Of a DNA stretch of 64,000 bases, positions 1 through 12,863 are shown in pieces. Position numbers and translations under genes: made by a program. Below the pieces are notes generated by a model. The model searched no databases. It was not told where the DNA came from and saw only the letters and a list, made by a program, of their open reading frames with translations. Every line of letters begins with the position of its first letter. The first letter of the stretch is position 1. Origin of the DNA: Octopus sinensis (Eukaryota); contig NC_042998.1 of NCBI RefSeq assembly GCF_006345805.1, positions 181,474,001-181,538,000 on the forward strand. Direction: 5' to 3'.

Positions 1-279
1 ATATAAATATGTGTGGTGTATATATATATATATATACATATATACATACATACATATATATATAATAGATATATATATATATATATAATTATATATATAT
101 AATATATATATATATATATACATATATACATACATACATATATATATATAATATATTATATATATATATATATACTTATATATACATGTATATATATATA
201 CATATATATACATATATACACACACACATATATATATATATTTACATGTATGTATATATATAATATACAATTATATATA

Positions 280-317
<38 letters not shown>

Positions 318-535
318 TATTCTTATACAAGAACGTTGTTGACAATGGCTTCGAAGTTTCGGCCACCTAAGCTATCGTCGGACTGCGATGCTTTAGAGTT
401 AGTCATGCCTTTATATAGACTCTGTTGATTAAAATCATCTTTGGGTGTGTAAGTTTGTACTCTACAAACGGATGGAGTAACCCGTCAGATTAATGTAAAA
501 TCGCTTTTATTATGACTGAACATAAAAACAATTTC

Positions 536-609
<74 letters not shown>

Positions 610-646
610 GATAGAGAGAGATAGAGAGACAGATAGACAGATAGAC

Positions 647-692
<46 letters not shown>

Positions 693-754
693 CAGACAGA
701 CGGACAGACACAGACAGACAGACAGACAGACAGATAGATAGATAGATAGTAGAT

Positions 755-792
<38 letters not shown>

Positions 793-820
793 GATAGATA
801 GATAGATAGATAGATAGATA
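1..820. repeat. (TA)n and (GATA)n/(GACA)n microsatellites, representative of dozens in the window
   Basis: Directly visible; similar TA, CA, GATA, CATA and TAA tracts recur every 1-3 kb. Confidence 0.98.
322..495 (-). mobile_element. Penelope-like terminal-repeat remnant with degenerate hammerhead (343-385)
   Basis: Homologous to 32335-32495; CAGU CCGACGA U AGC..GCC GAAA CUUCGAA GCC AUUG; abuts (TA)n. Confidence 0.5.
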
Positions 821-1705
821 TTTAAAATATTCTCCTTTCACAAAATATAAGATGAAAATGATCAACCACAGAAAACATAAAAGGAATACTTTATAAAAAT
901 TATATCCGAAACTAAACTGGAAATAGTTAACGCAATTACAAGACAACTTCCTCTTTATGCATTAGCCCAGAAAGGGTAAGTTTGAAAAGTTGAAAAACGA
1001 AAGACATAAATTACTATATACAAAATTCTTCCACAAATGTTAGAAACATTCTGTTAAATAAAGGAATTTTTTTAATAGTTAATAACTTTTAAAATAATCT
1101 TTTTCTAATTATCGTAACTCTATCAAGTGAATTTTACAAATGGTTATATATCTATATGTATGTATATATTTGAAAAAATAGTGTTACTTTTTGGGAGGAT
1201 TTTTTTGCATTCGTTGTCAAACAGATCAGTGGATTTGGGGCTTTGTGATTCGGTATATAGAATTACAAAAGGCCAAATCCTTAGATTTATAGAATCACAA
1301 AGGCCTAAATCCTCAGATCTGTTTGACAACGAATGCGAGAAAGTACCGAATAAGTTAACAAGGAATTTTTTTCAAATCTTCCCACCCAAGTTAACAAAGG
1401 ACTTAGATCTACGAACTAAAGTGTAAAATTTATATTTAGTAAAGAATTAGAAAATGATAAATTAAACTGATTAGAATTAGCCATTCTTTTTCTTTTTTCA
1501 AATATACCTAACTGTACCAAGGATCTCACACATTTTGCCAGATATATATATACATACATTATATATATACTTATATGTACATATATGTATACATATATAT
1601 ACATATATATATGCATAAATATATATACATACATACATCGTCACTTAATGTGACGAAGGGTGATTATTTCCTTTGATTTTTGAATTGCGTCTAGCCACCT
1701 TCATG

Positions 1706-1756
<51 letters not shown>

Positions 1757-1779
1757 TTGTATGTATGTATGTATACATA

Positions 1780-1834
<55 letters not shown>

Positions 1835-2119
1835 CGAACGACCTCCGACACACAAGTGACAAACGGGAGTCAGAGAAAGGCAGAATGCCACTTAAATCTG
1901 AACACTACTATAGAAATATTCTTTTAAAAAAACTTATCTTCTAATTTTTAAATTTAATTATTTAACGTTACAGTTGGAAAAGGTCTCAAAATGACCGAAA
2001 AACCGGTACTGAAATGTTCCACTATAAAATTATTTTAGCATTTTCTATTTTTGACTTGTTTTTTCATATATATATCTTATATATATATATATATTTATAT
2101 TATATATATATAATATATA

Positions 2120-2174
<55 letters not shown>

Positions 2175-2213
2175 TATATATAATATATATATATAATATA
2201 TATATATATATTG

Positions 2214-2246
<33 letters not shown>

Positions 2247-2290
2247 TATATATATATAATATATATATGTGTGTGTGTGTGTGTCGGTGT

Positions 2291-2535
2291 GAGGCGCGTG
2301 GCTTACTGCTTAGGGTGTCAGCATCATGACTGTAAGATGTGGTTTCGATTCCTGGACCGGGTGACGCGTTGTGCTCTTGAGCAAAACACTGCATTTCACG
2401 TTGCTCCAGTCCACTCAGCTGGCGAAAATGAGTAACGCTGCGATGGACTGGCGTCCCATCTAGCTGGGGAACACATACGCCATGGAAACCGGGAAACCGG
2501 TCCAAAGGGCCTGGCTAGGCTTTAAAAGGAGGCAT
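2291..2535 (+). mobile_element. tRNA-derived SINE (family D)
   Basis: tRNA-like head with B box GGTTTCGATTCC; 3' half shared with 52269-52571 and middle with 37727-38034. Confidence 0.7.
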
Positions 2536-2565
2536 TTATTTTTATTTTATATATATATATATTTA

Positions 2566-2773
2566 AAGGCGGCGAGCTGGAAAGAAACGTTATTTCGTCT
2601 GCCGCTACGTTCTGAGTTCAAATTCCGCCGAGGTCGACTTTGCCTTTCATCCTTTCAGGGTCGATAAATAAAGTACCAGTTTCGCACTGGGGTCGATGTA
2701 ATCGACTTAATCCCTTTGTCCTGTCCTTGTTTGTCCCCTCTATGTTTAGCTCCTTGTGGGCAGTAAAGAAATA
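2566..2773 (+). mobile_element. tRNA-derived SINE family A
   Basis: GGCGGCGAGCTGG head, GAGTTCAAATTCC B box, GTCGACTTTGCCTTTCATCCTTTC body; more than 12 copies in the window. Confidence 0.85.
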
Positions 2774-2780
2774 CATATAT

Positions 2781-2853
<73 letters not shown>

Positions 2854-3306
2854 TCCATTTCCATCCGCCAAATCCACTCACAGAGAGACCATTAATCAGC
2901 TCAGGGCTGGGCTATAGTCGATATAGTCAAAGACACTCGCCCAAGTGCGCACTATGCAGTAGTGCTGAACACGAAATTATGTGATTGCAAAGGGACCTTC
3001 CTAACCGTGTAAAGTCGTGACTTCAGAGTTTCTGGTTTGGATGTATTAGGATTTTACGTTTATATTCATAATAATTTCTACTTGTATAATGTATATTACT
3101 GCATCAGTATGCAGGGCAGTTTACGTAATATGTATCGATACATCAACAAACCGTTTAATTTTTGAAACTGTCCTAAAGATACATCTAGAAACATATTTTG
3201 CTTCGATGGTTTTACTAATGGTTATGTTTGTATAACAACTTATGCATATGACAAAAATGATATAATGCAATATATGTATACACGCTTGTCCATGTTTTGT
3301 ATCTTT

Positions 3307-3341
<35 letters not shown>

Positions 3342-3372
3342 CATACATACATACATACATACATACATACAT

Positions 3373-3413
<41 letters not shown>

Positions 3414-3535
3414 TAGATATATATGCATGCATACATATATGCATGCATACATGCATACATACATGCATGCATGCACGCATGCATACATACATACATACAT
3501 ACATACATACATACATACATACATACATACATACA

Positions 3536-4085
3536 TGGTGGCTGCCCCCTCGTTATCGAGTATGGCCATTGCACGAAACTTAATCAATGTTGTTATCGTG
3601 CAATGCCTGTGCAAGAAGATTTTTTTTAAAGTGAGGAAATGCTGTGCACTGAGTCAATCCCACTCACTAAGCAACAGCAGCCATAATCCGAAAAGAAGAA
3701 CAAGTCAACATCATCGGTAACCACTGAGCCGCAGGTTTTATATCGGAGTTATCCCAGTTACCCGAGTTACCTTCTCCTAGAAGGATGCCCTAACAAAGGC
3801 TAGGAGTCCTTCACTCCCAAGGGTTTAACCGCGCGATCGGGTATTCAGTCCGATTATTTTTATGTCCCCGTGCATGATACAGCCTTAAGACATTTATTGG
3901 ATGGCCGTTGACTTTAAAGAGTTCCTCCGCCCTTTGACGGGTTTTGTTTTTCATCCCGCAGGGTGTCCAATAAACACCCTCCTCACAAAGCAAGCTTGGT
4001 GGGGTTGCCGGTTTAGTCGCCGACGACCCGACCATGCAACAGGTTGTACTGGGTTACATGATACCAGTAGCACTTGAGAGTGACC
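3536..4085 (-). mobile_element. Short non-autonomous RTE-derived element (5' UTR plus 3' end, no ORF)
   Basis: RTE-type 5' UTR motif (…GGCATCCTTCTAGGAGAAGG…AAAACCTGCGG, recalled), 5' HDV-like fold, flanked by (ATGT)n on both sides. Confidence 0.55.
4008..4085 (-). ncRNA. Decayed HDV-like ribozyme at the 5' end of an RTE-derived element
   Basis: P1 GGUCAC/AUGGUC, P2 CCAGU/ACCGG, P3 ACA/UGC, L3 ACCUGU with CC pairing the downstream GG (P1.1), J4/2 CUAA; the three defects are all A.C mismatches. Confidence 0.55.
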
Positions 4086-4092
4086 TGACACA

Positions 4093-4123
<31 letters not shown>

Positions 4124-4354
4124 GTACATACATATATGCATGCATATATATATATGCATACATATATGCATGCATACATACATGCATGCATGCATGCACG
4201 CATACATATATACATACATACATACATACATATATACATAACTAGTAGGTTGATAGATAAATACATACATAGATGCATACATACATACATAGACCGACAG
4301 ACAGGCAGACAGACAGACCGACAGGCAGGCAGACAGACAGACGGACAGACATAC

Positions 4355-4448
<94 letters not shown>

Positions 4449-4826
4449 GAAGAAAGAGAGGGAGAGCTAGGCAGTCAGACAGGGACACAGACAGACAGAC
4501 AGATTATTGATATATAAATGACAGACTGCAGAAAAACTTTAAAAGATCACTAGTATTTCTTAATGAAGTAGACTGGATGTTAAATAGATAACTTTCGATG
4601 TATTGTCTTCCTTATCAGACATGATAAATGCAGGAAGAAAAATTCACCTGTCAACATTTCCTAATTAAGTCTCTCCAACCTTCACAAAGTATTGGAGTTA
4701 TTTTGGTACATTAATTAATCTCTTTCAATCAGAAGCAATTAATCTAATATTATAAATTAACATCGATATTAACTCGCATCAATAAAATGTACGAAATACA
4801 GAAGCGTTGTGGTCAATACGCCGTTT

Positions 4827-4925
<99 letters not shown>

Positions 4926-4950
4926 GGATAGATAGATATGTCTATATATA

Positions 4951-6223
4951 TAAGCAGTGTGATCAATAAGTATCAGGACTGTTGCCATAGTAACGAAGTT
5001 AAAGTACGCAGAGTAAAGCTGCTTGGCACAGATTGACCTTGAACTCTGCTATGCATGCACACTAAGTTTTAACGTTCTAGTTCATGTCTGCTGTTTACAG
5101 AAGTGATTGGAAGGAATGTTTAGTGTCTGATCGTCGCATTGACCATGACAGAGAAAGTTGAGCAGAGAGTCTGCATCAAATTTTGCCAAAAGCTTGGAAG
5201 TACCTGCGCAGAGGCCTTCGTAAGGTTGCAGAAAGTGTATGGAAAGGAGTGTATGAGTAGCACACAAGGGTACGAGTGGTCCAGTCGTTTCCAAGATGGC
5301 CGAAAAAATTGTCGGTAGTGACGAACGTTCTGGGAGACCCGCAACCAGCAGAACTGAGAAACATATCACAGATGTGTGTTCAGCTGTGGGGAGAAATCGT
5401 CGAATCACCACCCGTGAGTAATCAGAGGATGTGCAGATTAGTTACGGTTCAGTTCTGTCCATTATCGCTGCAGATTGGGATATGAGACGCGTGTCTGCCG
5501 AGTTTGTGCCAAAGCTGTTTTTAACTTACCAAAGAGACACTCAGTTTTCAGTTGCACAAGATCACCTTGGTTGTGTCGAGAAAGATGAAAACGTTTTGAA
5601 AACGGTCATAACGGGTGAAGAATCGTGGGTTTATGGATGTGACCCCGATACAAAGGCTCAGTCTTCGCAGTGGAAACCCCAACCTCCCCAAGACCGATGA
5701 AAGCACGAATAACTCGTAGCAATGTGAAGACACTGTTGAATGTTTTCTTCGACTACAAGGGGATTGTTCTTCGTGAGTATGTTCCATCTAGTCGGACAGT
5801 AAACAAGGAGTACCACCGTGACGTTTTGTGGCGTTTGCAAGATGCTATTCTTCGGAGAAGCCCACAGTTGCACCGTCCGGTGAGTTGCAATTGCACTATG
5901 ACAACGCACCTGCCCATTCAGCGCAGCTTGTGCAGCAGTCTTTGGCTAGACACAGCATTCCCTAGGTCCGGCAGTCACTGTATTTCTCAGATCTCGCCCC
6001 CTGCGACTTTTTCCTCTTTCCAAAAACCAAATGCGACGAAGCAGCTGCTGATTATCCCAGAACACGAGTTCCAGGAATGTTTCCATCAATGGAAACAGCG
6101 CTGGATTATGTGTATTGCTTCCGAATGAGACTACTACTTGAAGGAAATTAAATACCAGATTGGTACGTGTTGTAGTTTTGTTTTTATAGCACTAGTCCGG
6201 ATACTGATTGATCAGACCTCGTA
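4951..6223 (+). mobile_element. Mariner transposon, decayed
   Basis: Imperfect TIRs (TGATCAATAAGTATCAGGACT / AGTCCGGATACTGATTGATCAGACCTCGTA); fragments MTEKVEQRVCIKF, RRVSAEFVPKL, VITGEESWVYGCDP, DLAPCDFFLFPK with frameshifts and stops. Confidence 0.92.
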
Positions 6224-6239
6224 TTTATATGTACATATA

Positions 6240-6303
<64 letters not shown>

Positions 6304-6341
6304 GTATGTTATGTATGTATATATGTATGTATACATACATG

Positions 6342-6375
<34 letters not shown>

Positions 6376-6409
6376 AAGATATATACATACATACGCATAC
6401 ATATATATG

Positions 6410-6440
<31 letters not shown>

Positions 6441-6441
<1 letters not shown>

Positions 6442-6594
6442 TTTATTTAAAAGCAGCAGAAATATAACAAAAGCGTTACTCGGAGTAACAGCTTTTGTTT
6501 ATTTCTGCTGCTTTTAAATAAAGCATATTAATCTACCTCTGGCATTTGAGTACTCTTTTTTCCACCTTGTTTCACATTTATGTGCTTACTCCGG
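6441..6594 (+). mobile_element. Fold-back copy of hammerhead repeat family Z
   Basis: Arms 6441-6481 and 6483-6523 centred on ACTC-G-GAGT; tail …TTACTCCGG abuts (TA)n; homologous to 46494-46616 and 57607-57808. Confidence 0.75.
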
Positions 6595-6612
6595 TATATA
6601 TATATATATATA

Positions 6613-7458
6613 TACACAAGAAACCGAAATTTTGCAATATTATTTTATTCACTTAGTTTTACATGTTTATACTTTTATCGCCTTCAAAGTATTCTCCATT
6701 TGAAGCAATGCAGCAGGGCAGACGCTGGAACTCGTGAAATGATGCCTTTTAACGCCTCCGCCGTTTCTTTCTTCACCTCTTCCACATCTTTAAATTCCGT
6801 AGCGCCAGCTTTCGTTACTAGTGATGATCTTCAGAAAAGGTCCAGATCAACTGCCAACTGTTCTTTCAGTTCATGACACGCAGTTGTGACTGCTTTTGAA
6901 CTTCCATGAGCAAGTGAGGCGCAAATTTTGCTGAAACTCTTTTCATTCGCAATTCCTCGCTCAAAATTCGTTGGCAGGAGCTCCAGGATACACCAGTCAT
7001 GTCAACAACTTCGTAAATTGTTCGGTGACGGTCCTCCAAGATCAGTTCATGAATTTTCATGATGTCTTCATTCATTCGGAAGGTGGACGATCGTCCTGAA
7101 CGAGGTTGGTCTTCTAGCAACAAGTGACTATTCCTAAAGCGTGAAAACCACTTGTAAACTTGTGTTTTGCTCATGGCAGCGGTCTAGTAAGCTGTTTGAT
7201 GCACGACAACTGTTTCGGCCGCCGTTTTCCCCAGCAGAAAGCAGAATTTCACGGACACGCTGTTCCTTCGTTTCAGCCATCGCAAAAATCGACGAACAGG
7301 AGAGAAGCACTGCAAAACAAAGACGCACCACGTGGGAGTGTGACCTCACCGGCTGTTGACTGAGAGTTGAACAAGTAGCTTCTAGTGACGGAAGCCTGAA
7401 CTACAACGGGCTTGTCACACAGAGAACGTTTCAGGTTACTTTGGGGTTTCCCCTCGTA
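6613..7458 (-). mobile_element. Mariner transposon, internally deleted
   Basis: Terminus TACGAGGGG; MAETKEQRV…MSKTQVYKWFSRF…RMKRVSAKFAPHLL; jumps to C-terminal EFKDVEEVKKET with most of the catalytic domain missing. Confidence 0.88.
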
Positions 7459-7479
7459 TATACAGTATAGTTATATATA

Positions 7480-7528
<49 letters not shown>

Positions 7529-7577
7529 TCTGTGTGTGTCTGTGTATGTGTGTGTGTCTGTGTGCGTGTCTGTGTGT

Positions 7578-7790
7578 GTATTGTTGTATTTAGGAATGGT
7601 CATTTTGACAGTTTAGCCAATAAAAACACGCGCACTATATATTTGGTGTTACTTTGCTCCAGTGTTATTTATTTTTTACATTAATCTTAATCTTATTTCG
7701 GCCAGAGTTTTTTCGTCACACTTCTGTGACCTCATCAGTAGTCCTTTGCTTTCTTCTTTCTTATTTGTGTGTCTCTCCTTACTAACGGTC
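7578..7790 (-). mobile_element. Penelope-like terminal-repeat remnant (family Y)
   Basis: Homologous to the ends of 47735-48548; carries hammerhead motif 7700-7744. Confidence 0.6.
7700..7744 (-). ncRNA. Hammerhead ribozyme motif (GUCAC/GUGAC stem II family)
   Basis: GGACUA CUGAUGA G GUCAC-AGAAGU-GUGAC GAAA AAA CUC UGGCC. Confidence 0.55.
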
Positions 7791-8174
7791 AGCCATTTTG
7801 TATTTTGTATTCCTGCATGTACGTGTATATTATATTACATGCACACAAATGCGTATATTATATAAGCTGTTATGTGTATATGTGTCTGTGTATGTGTGTA
7901 CATTCTATTTGTGAAACTTGAATCAGGTAAATCCTACTTCAAATACGACTCTACTTATATTGTATAATAAAACAGGACTCATTCGACAACGAAGTATATT
8001 GATCAAGAATATTTATTGTTGACTGCAGCCATGCTGGGCACCGCCTCCTAGGGTTTTTAATCGAGCAAATCAGCTCCAGTACTTATTTCTTGTTAAAGCT
8101 TGATACTTATCTTATCATCTCTTTTGCCGAACCGGTATCAAGCGGTGATGGGGGGAAAACACGCACACACACGA

Positions 8175-8231
<57 letters not shown>

Positions 8232-8931
8232 ATATATATATAATATATATATATATATACACGTGGGTGTGTATGTTACATAAGATGAGACAACAAAGCC
8301 AAGGCAGTGTGAAATTTCTAGGACATTTATGAAGTGAAAGGTAGTCTTACAGCTGTTTCATGGATATAAAAGATATCCCGGCATCAGAGAAGATATGAGA
8401 GAGTTTTAAATTGAAGGAAAAAATAGAGTTCAATATAGGAATTTATTTTGGAAAGATAGATATATAAGAAGTATAATGGGAAATATGAGAATAAAAAAAT
8501 ATATGTTTATACTTCTTATATCACTGAGGGTAACTTTCTAGGTGTAATCTCAAGGCCATTCATGACCGAAGGGGTTCCTTATGTGTATGTGTGTGGGGGG
8601 GTGTATTTATATATACATATATGAATATTACATTGTAGCACCTAAAGGAAGAAAGACAGAGTCTTCGATATTGGAAGTAGGGGTAAAACATTTAATATGT
8701 AAGACTAGTCAATAAAGCCTGCAGATTTCTTTAGTTTCGCTTCAACAAATACGGATTTAGCAGTCCATAGAAACTGGTTACGATCCAAGGTGGCTCACGC
8801 AGACACACGCTTACACAGAAACATTACATAGACACATACACTTACATATTGTAACGCCTCTCTCAATAATGTTATAAGAATTGCTTTTGTAAAACCTAAC
8901 AAACTGGATTTGTACGGAAGAAATCACCATA

Positions 8932-9344
8932 GGCGCGGGAGTGGCTGTGTGGTAAGTAGCAGGCTTACCAACCACATGGTTCCGGGTTCAGTCCCACTGC
9001 GTGGCACTTTGGGCAAGTGTCTTCTACTATAGCCTCGGGCCGACTAAAGCCTTGTGAGTGGATTTAGTAGACGGAAACTGAAAGAAGCCCGTCGTATATA
9101 TGTATATATATATTTGTCTGTGTGTTTGTGTGTCTGTGTTTGTCCCCCCCCCCCCAACATCGCTTGACAACCGATGCTGGTGTGTTTACGTCCCTGTAAC
9201 TTAGCGGTTCGGAAAAAAAGAGACTGATAGAATAAGTACTAGGCTTACAAAGAATAAGTCCTGGGGTCGATTTACTCGACTAAAGGCGGTGCTCCAGCAT
9301 GGCCACAGTCAAATGACTGAAACAAGTAAAAGAGTAAAAGAGTA
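8932..9344 (+). mobile_element. tRNA-derived SINE family B with internal microsatellite
   Basis: GGCGC(A/G)GGAGTGGCTGTGTGGTAAG head, GGTTCAGTCCC B box, GTAAAAGAGTA tail; several copies in the window. Confidence 0.85.
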
Positions 9345-9531
9345 TGTTTAGTGTCAAAATAAATAAATAAATTGTTTTTATTTGTAAGTATAATAAAAAA
9401 TTTTCGAAATTTTTACTTTGTTTTCAAAAAATATTGACATATTGTCCTTTCGGGAAATTGTCCTGTCTGTAAGTTGTCTGTCGGCCAACTGTCTTTCGAT
9501 GAATTGCCCATTAACCTATACATATTTATAC

Positions 9532-9586
<55 letters not shown>

Positions 9587-9621
9587 TGTGTGTGTGTGTT
9601 TGTATGTATGTATGTATATAT

Positions 9622-9935
9622 GATGGCCGTCTACTCGTAACTGAGGAAGACCTTTGCTGACTTTCAGGAACATTGTGCGCTCTAGGACAAACTTATATTT
9701 TGCATTTGCGGCTCCGTTGGTGACTAATGACCCCTGCTTTTGTCAAGCACACACGACTACAAACATTGGAAACCAAGCACCAGCAGTGCGTTTTCGAGCC
9801 GCACGCTTAAGTTCTTCGTGCAGAATACGTGCTCTCTCAAAGGTGTTAAGCCCCTCCTTATCCAGCTTCCTCCATCTGTGGTAATGACAGTTATTGCTCT
9901 CCCAATCAGTCTCCTGCATACCACAGGCTTTTAAT
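9622..9935 (-). mobile_element. RTE-clade LINE 3' fragment
   Basis: Minus translation [30 protein letters not shown] and terminal C2H2 motif CSRVCLTKAGVISHQRSRKC. Confidence 0.7.
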
Positions 9936-9957
9936 GAGGACTTGACTCATATATATA

Positions 9958-10019
<62 letters not shown>

Positions 10020-10034
10020 GTATGTATATATATG

Positions 10035-10066
<32 letters not shown>

Positions 10067-10102
10067 TATATCTATATATATATATATATATAGATATATA
10101 TA

Positions 10103-11140
10103 TATGTTAATAAAATAGAACATATGCATATATATAAACATATATGTAGGTACCTACCTCTACATGTACATATACACGCATATATGTGTACAGGACACCA
10201 AAAAGACGTCGAACACATAGAGAGACGAAAAACATAGACACAAACCACGGAACAAGACAAGCAAAAAAAGAGATACAGGACAATAAGCACAACGAAAAAT
10301 CCCCTTCTTCAGTCGCTAAGGTTTCATCTACTAAACGTTTCGAAGGATAAAAGCGAGACGTATACTTCGAAGAAAACTTCCTTCCTGCGAAAAGCAAATC
10401 AATTAAAATTCTGAGATCTTTTCGCAGAGGGGTAAAAAAAGCAAGACGGTAACGACAGTACAAACATATAAACAGTAAAAAATATATATATAAACAGTGG
10501 AAAAATAAATATATAACAGTGAGAGACAGGACAAGGAGAACAAGATAAGAAGGGCTGTTAACGCCAGACGAAAAAAGTATTGCAAACGCTGGATTATAGT
10601 GGACGACGAGAGAGAAAGAATGTCGACCAGTAGCCTTAGAAGGCGGGCGAGAAAAGACAGGATAGCAGTTACGACGGAAGTATCGTCGCAGATGGACGAC
10701 GGGAATGGGGGAGGAGGAGCAAGAGGAAGAGAGAGAAGAAGGGGAATGGTGCGAGGAGACCATGAAGAACGGTGAGGGGGAGAGAGAGGAAGAGACAAGT
10801 TAAGTGAGGGAAAAAGACGAAAAAGGGAATGGGAGAGAAAGAAAGAAAGATGCAGAGTCGCGTGAGAGTTAATATCAAGGCTAACTTGATAAACAGAACA
10901 ATCTTACTTAATAGGGTGCGTGCGTTTAGTCGTATAATATGTTAATAAAATAGAACATATGCATATATATAAACATATATGTACGTACCTACCTCTACAT
11001 GTACATATACACGCATATATGTGTACAGGACACCAAAAAGACGTCGAACACATAGAGAGACGAAAAACCTAGACACAAACCACGGAACAAGACAAGCAAA
11101 AAAAGAGATACAGGACAATAAGCACAACGAAAAATCCCCT
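10103..11140 (-). mobile_element. Penelope-like non-autonomous element with ~203-bp direct repeats
   Basis: 10103-10305 and 10938-11140 differ at about 2 positions; interior has decayed GIY-YIG C-terminus-like coding (DDTSVVTAILSF) and CTGAAGA and CGAAACGT motifs. Confidence 0.6.
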
Positions 11141-11174
11141 TATATATACATATATATATATAATATATATATAT

Positions 11175-11233
<59 letters not shown>

Positions 11234-11265
11234 CATACAGACAGACAGACAGACAGACAAACACA

Positions 11266-11296
<31 letters not shown>

Positions 11297-12635
11297 CACA
11301 CCACACACACGCGCATATACCACAATGTAACTGAAGCCACTTAATGAAAAGTTGAAGAAAATGGATTTTGAAATTTAAAATTGTTCCCAGCAGGTTGAAG
11401 CTGAAATATTTACTATTTTTGACTGTTAAATGCCTTGCTATCATTCTCTATTTCAATAGCTCTGATTTGACTATATTATCAGAGATGAAATTATTTTGTT
11501 ATTGGTGCATCACTTTATATCTTAGGGGGATATAGTTTCGTAGACTCTTTCTGAGATGTATTTTATACTATTTATTTGAAGTGAAGCATTTACTGATATT
11601 TACAGATCATCCTGAATAAAATAACAAGCTACTCTGATAATTGTTGTGTAGCTATTCAATACTGGAGAGTATTGAAAGAACATGATCAATAGTTTCATGA
11701 ACATGTTTACACAGTAACAACAGCAAAAACATTAATACGTTAATGAATGAATTCAAGACATTTTATAGTGAGCCTGAATGTTTGCGTTAAAGCTAATATT
11801 TGTTTTCTAAAGTAATACTGACTCAATCAAATTTATCAAGCTAAACAGATACCACCCAATAGATGAACTCAGTACTTTATTCACTTACTTCCTGGCATAT
11901 TTATTCATGCATACTTACAGATATTTCAGCGAGTGCTGCTTAGTAACGGGTAAGCTCATGGAAACGAAGTGTGAAACTGCGATTCAATTCTCGCTCGAAT
12001 GCACGCCTACTTTACTTACGCAGTTAAAATTTTGGAAAGAAGACACAAATTGGCAAAAACATGGTTTATGATAGGCCAAAACTGAAATGCAGTTTTAATC
12101 ACTGGCCAATTTTTGTGTATATTCAAAACAAAAATATATAGAAATATGAACATCGCAGGAGAAACTATAACTGTCTGTGATCCTTGGATGTAACTATTTC
12201 TTTTCCTGCTTCCTTCTACATTTCCTATGGGTAGATATAAACAATGCAATATCATTTTACTGCGTTATAAACGTATGACATTATTACTAACTTAAATATA
12301 ATCGATATATATATATATATAATCATTAAGCTAAAACGATTGCTTGTCGGTCAAAATTTAAATATTTAATTAAGTGTATATGAAAGTCAACCTTTTACAG
12401 AAAGACCTAGATGCCATATGTGTGTGTGGTGGGGGGGGGCTGAAGAAAACATGCAATTTTATTCAGGAAAATTCCAAGCTCCTCTGGACTACTGTTCTCA
12501 GGTGTGGTCATTCTACAGTGTCAAATTAATGGCGGGACTTTTTTACTTTTGAGCCCAAAACACTCAAATGGGTATAATTTGGATTGAAATAAAGAACAAA
12601 TACGATTTACCATAAGGATAACTTGTTTTAACACA

Positions 12636-12863
12636 TTATAGCATCATCTCGTTAAACAAGTAATCATCAGATTTTACAGTAGTACTAGCCACATTTTTGT
12701 TCTTACAGTAACGAAACGAGTGTCCATATACATCACATTGTCTGAAAAAAGGTTGCACCTTCATTTTCTCGAAAAGGACCAATGGATCAGAAACAGTCCG
12801 CATCCTCCTCAGAGGTTCATTACCTGGGGAGTTTTCTGTGATAAGTTGGTTCTTATTCTCCAT
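12636..12863 (-). mobile_element. Possible LINE ORF1 zinc-knuckle remnant
   Basis: KVQPFFRQCDVYGHSFRYCKNK resembles a partly deleted gag-like CCHC knuckle. Confidence 0.35.
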
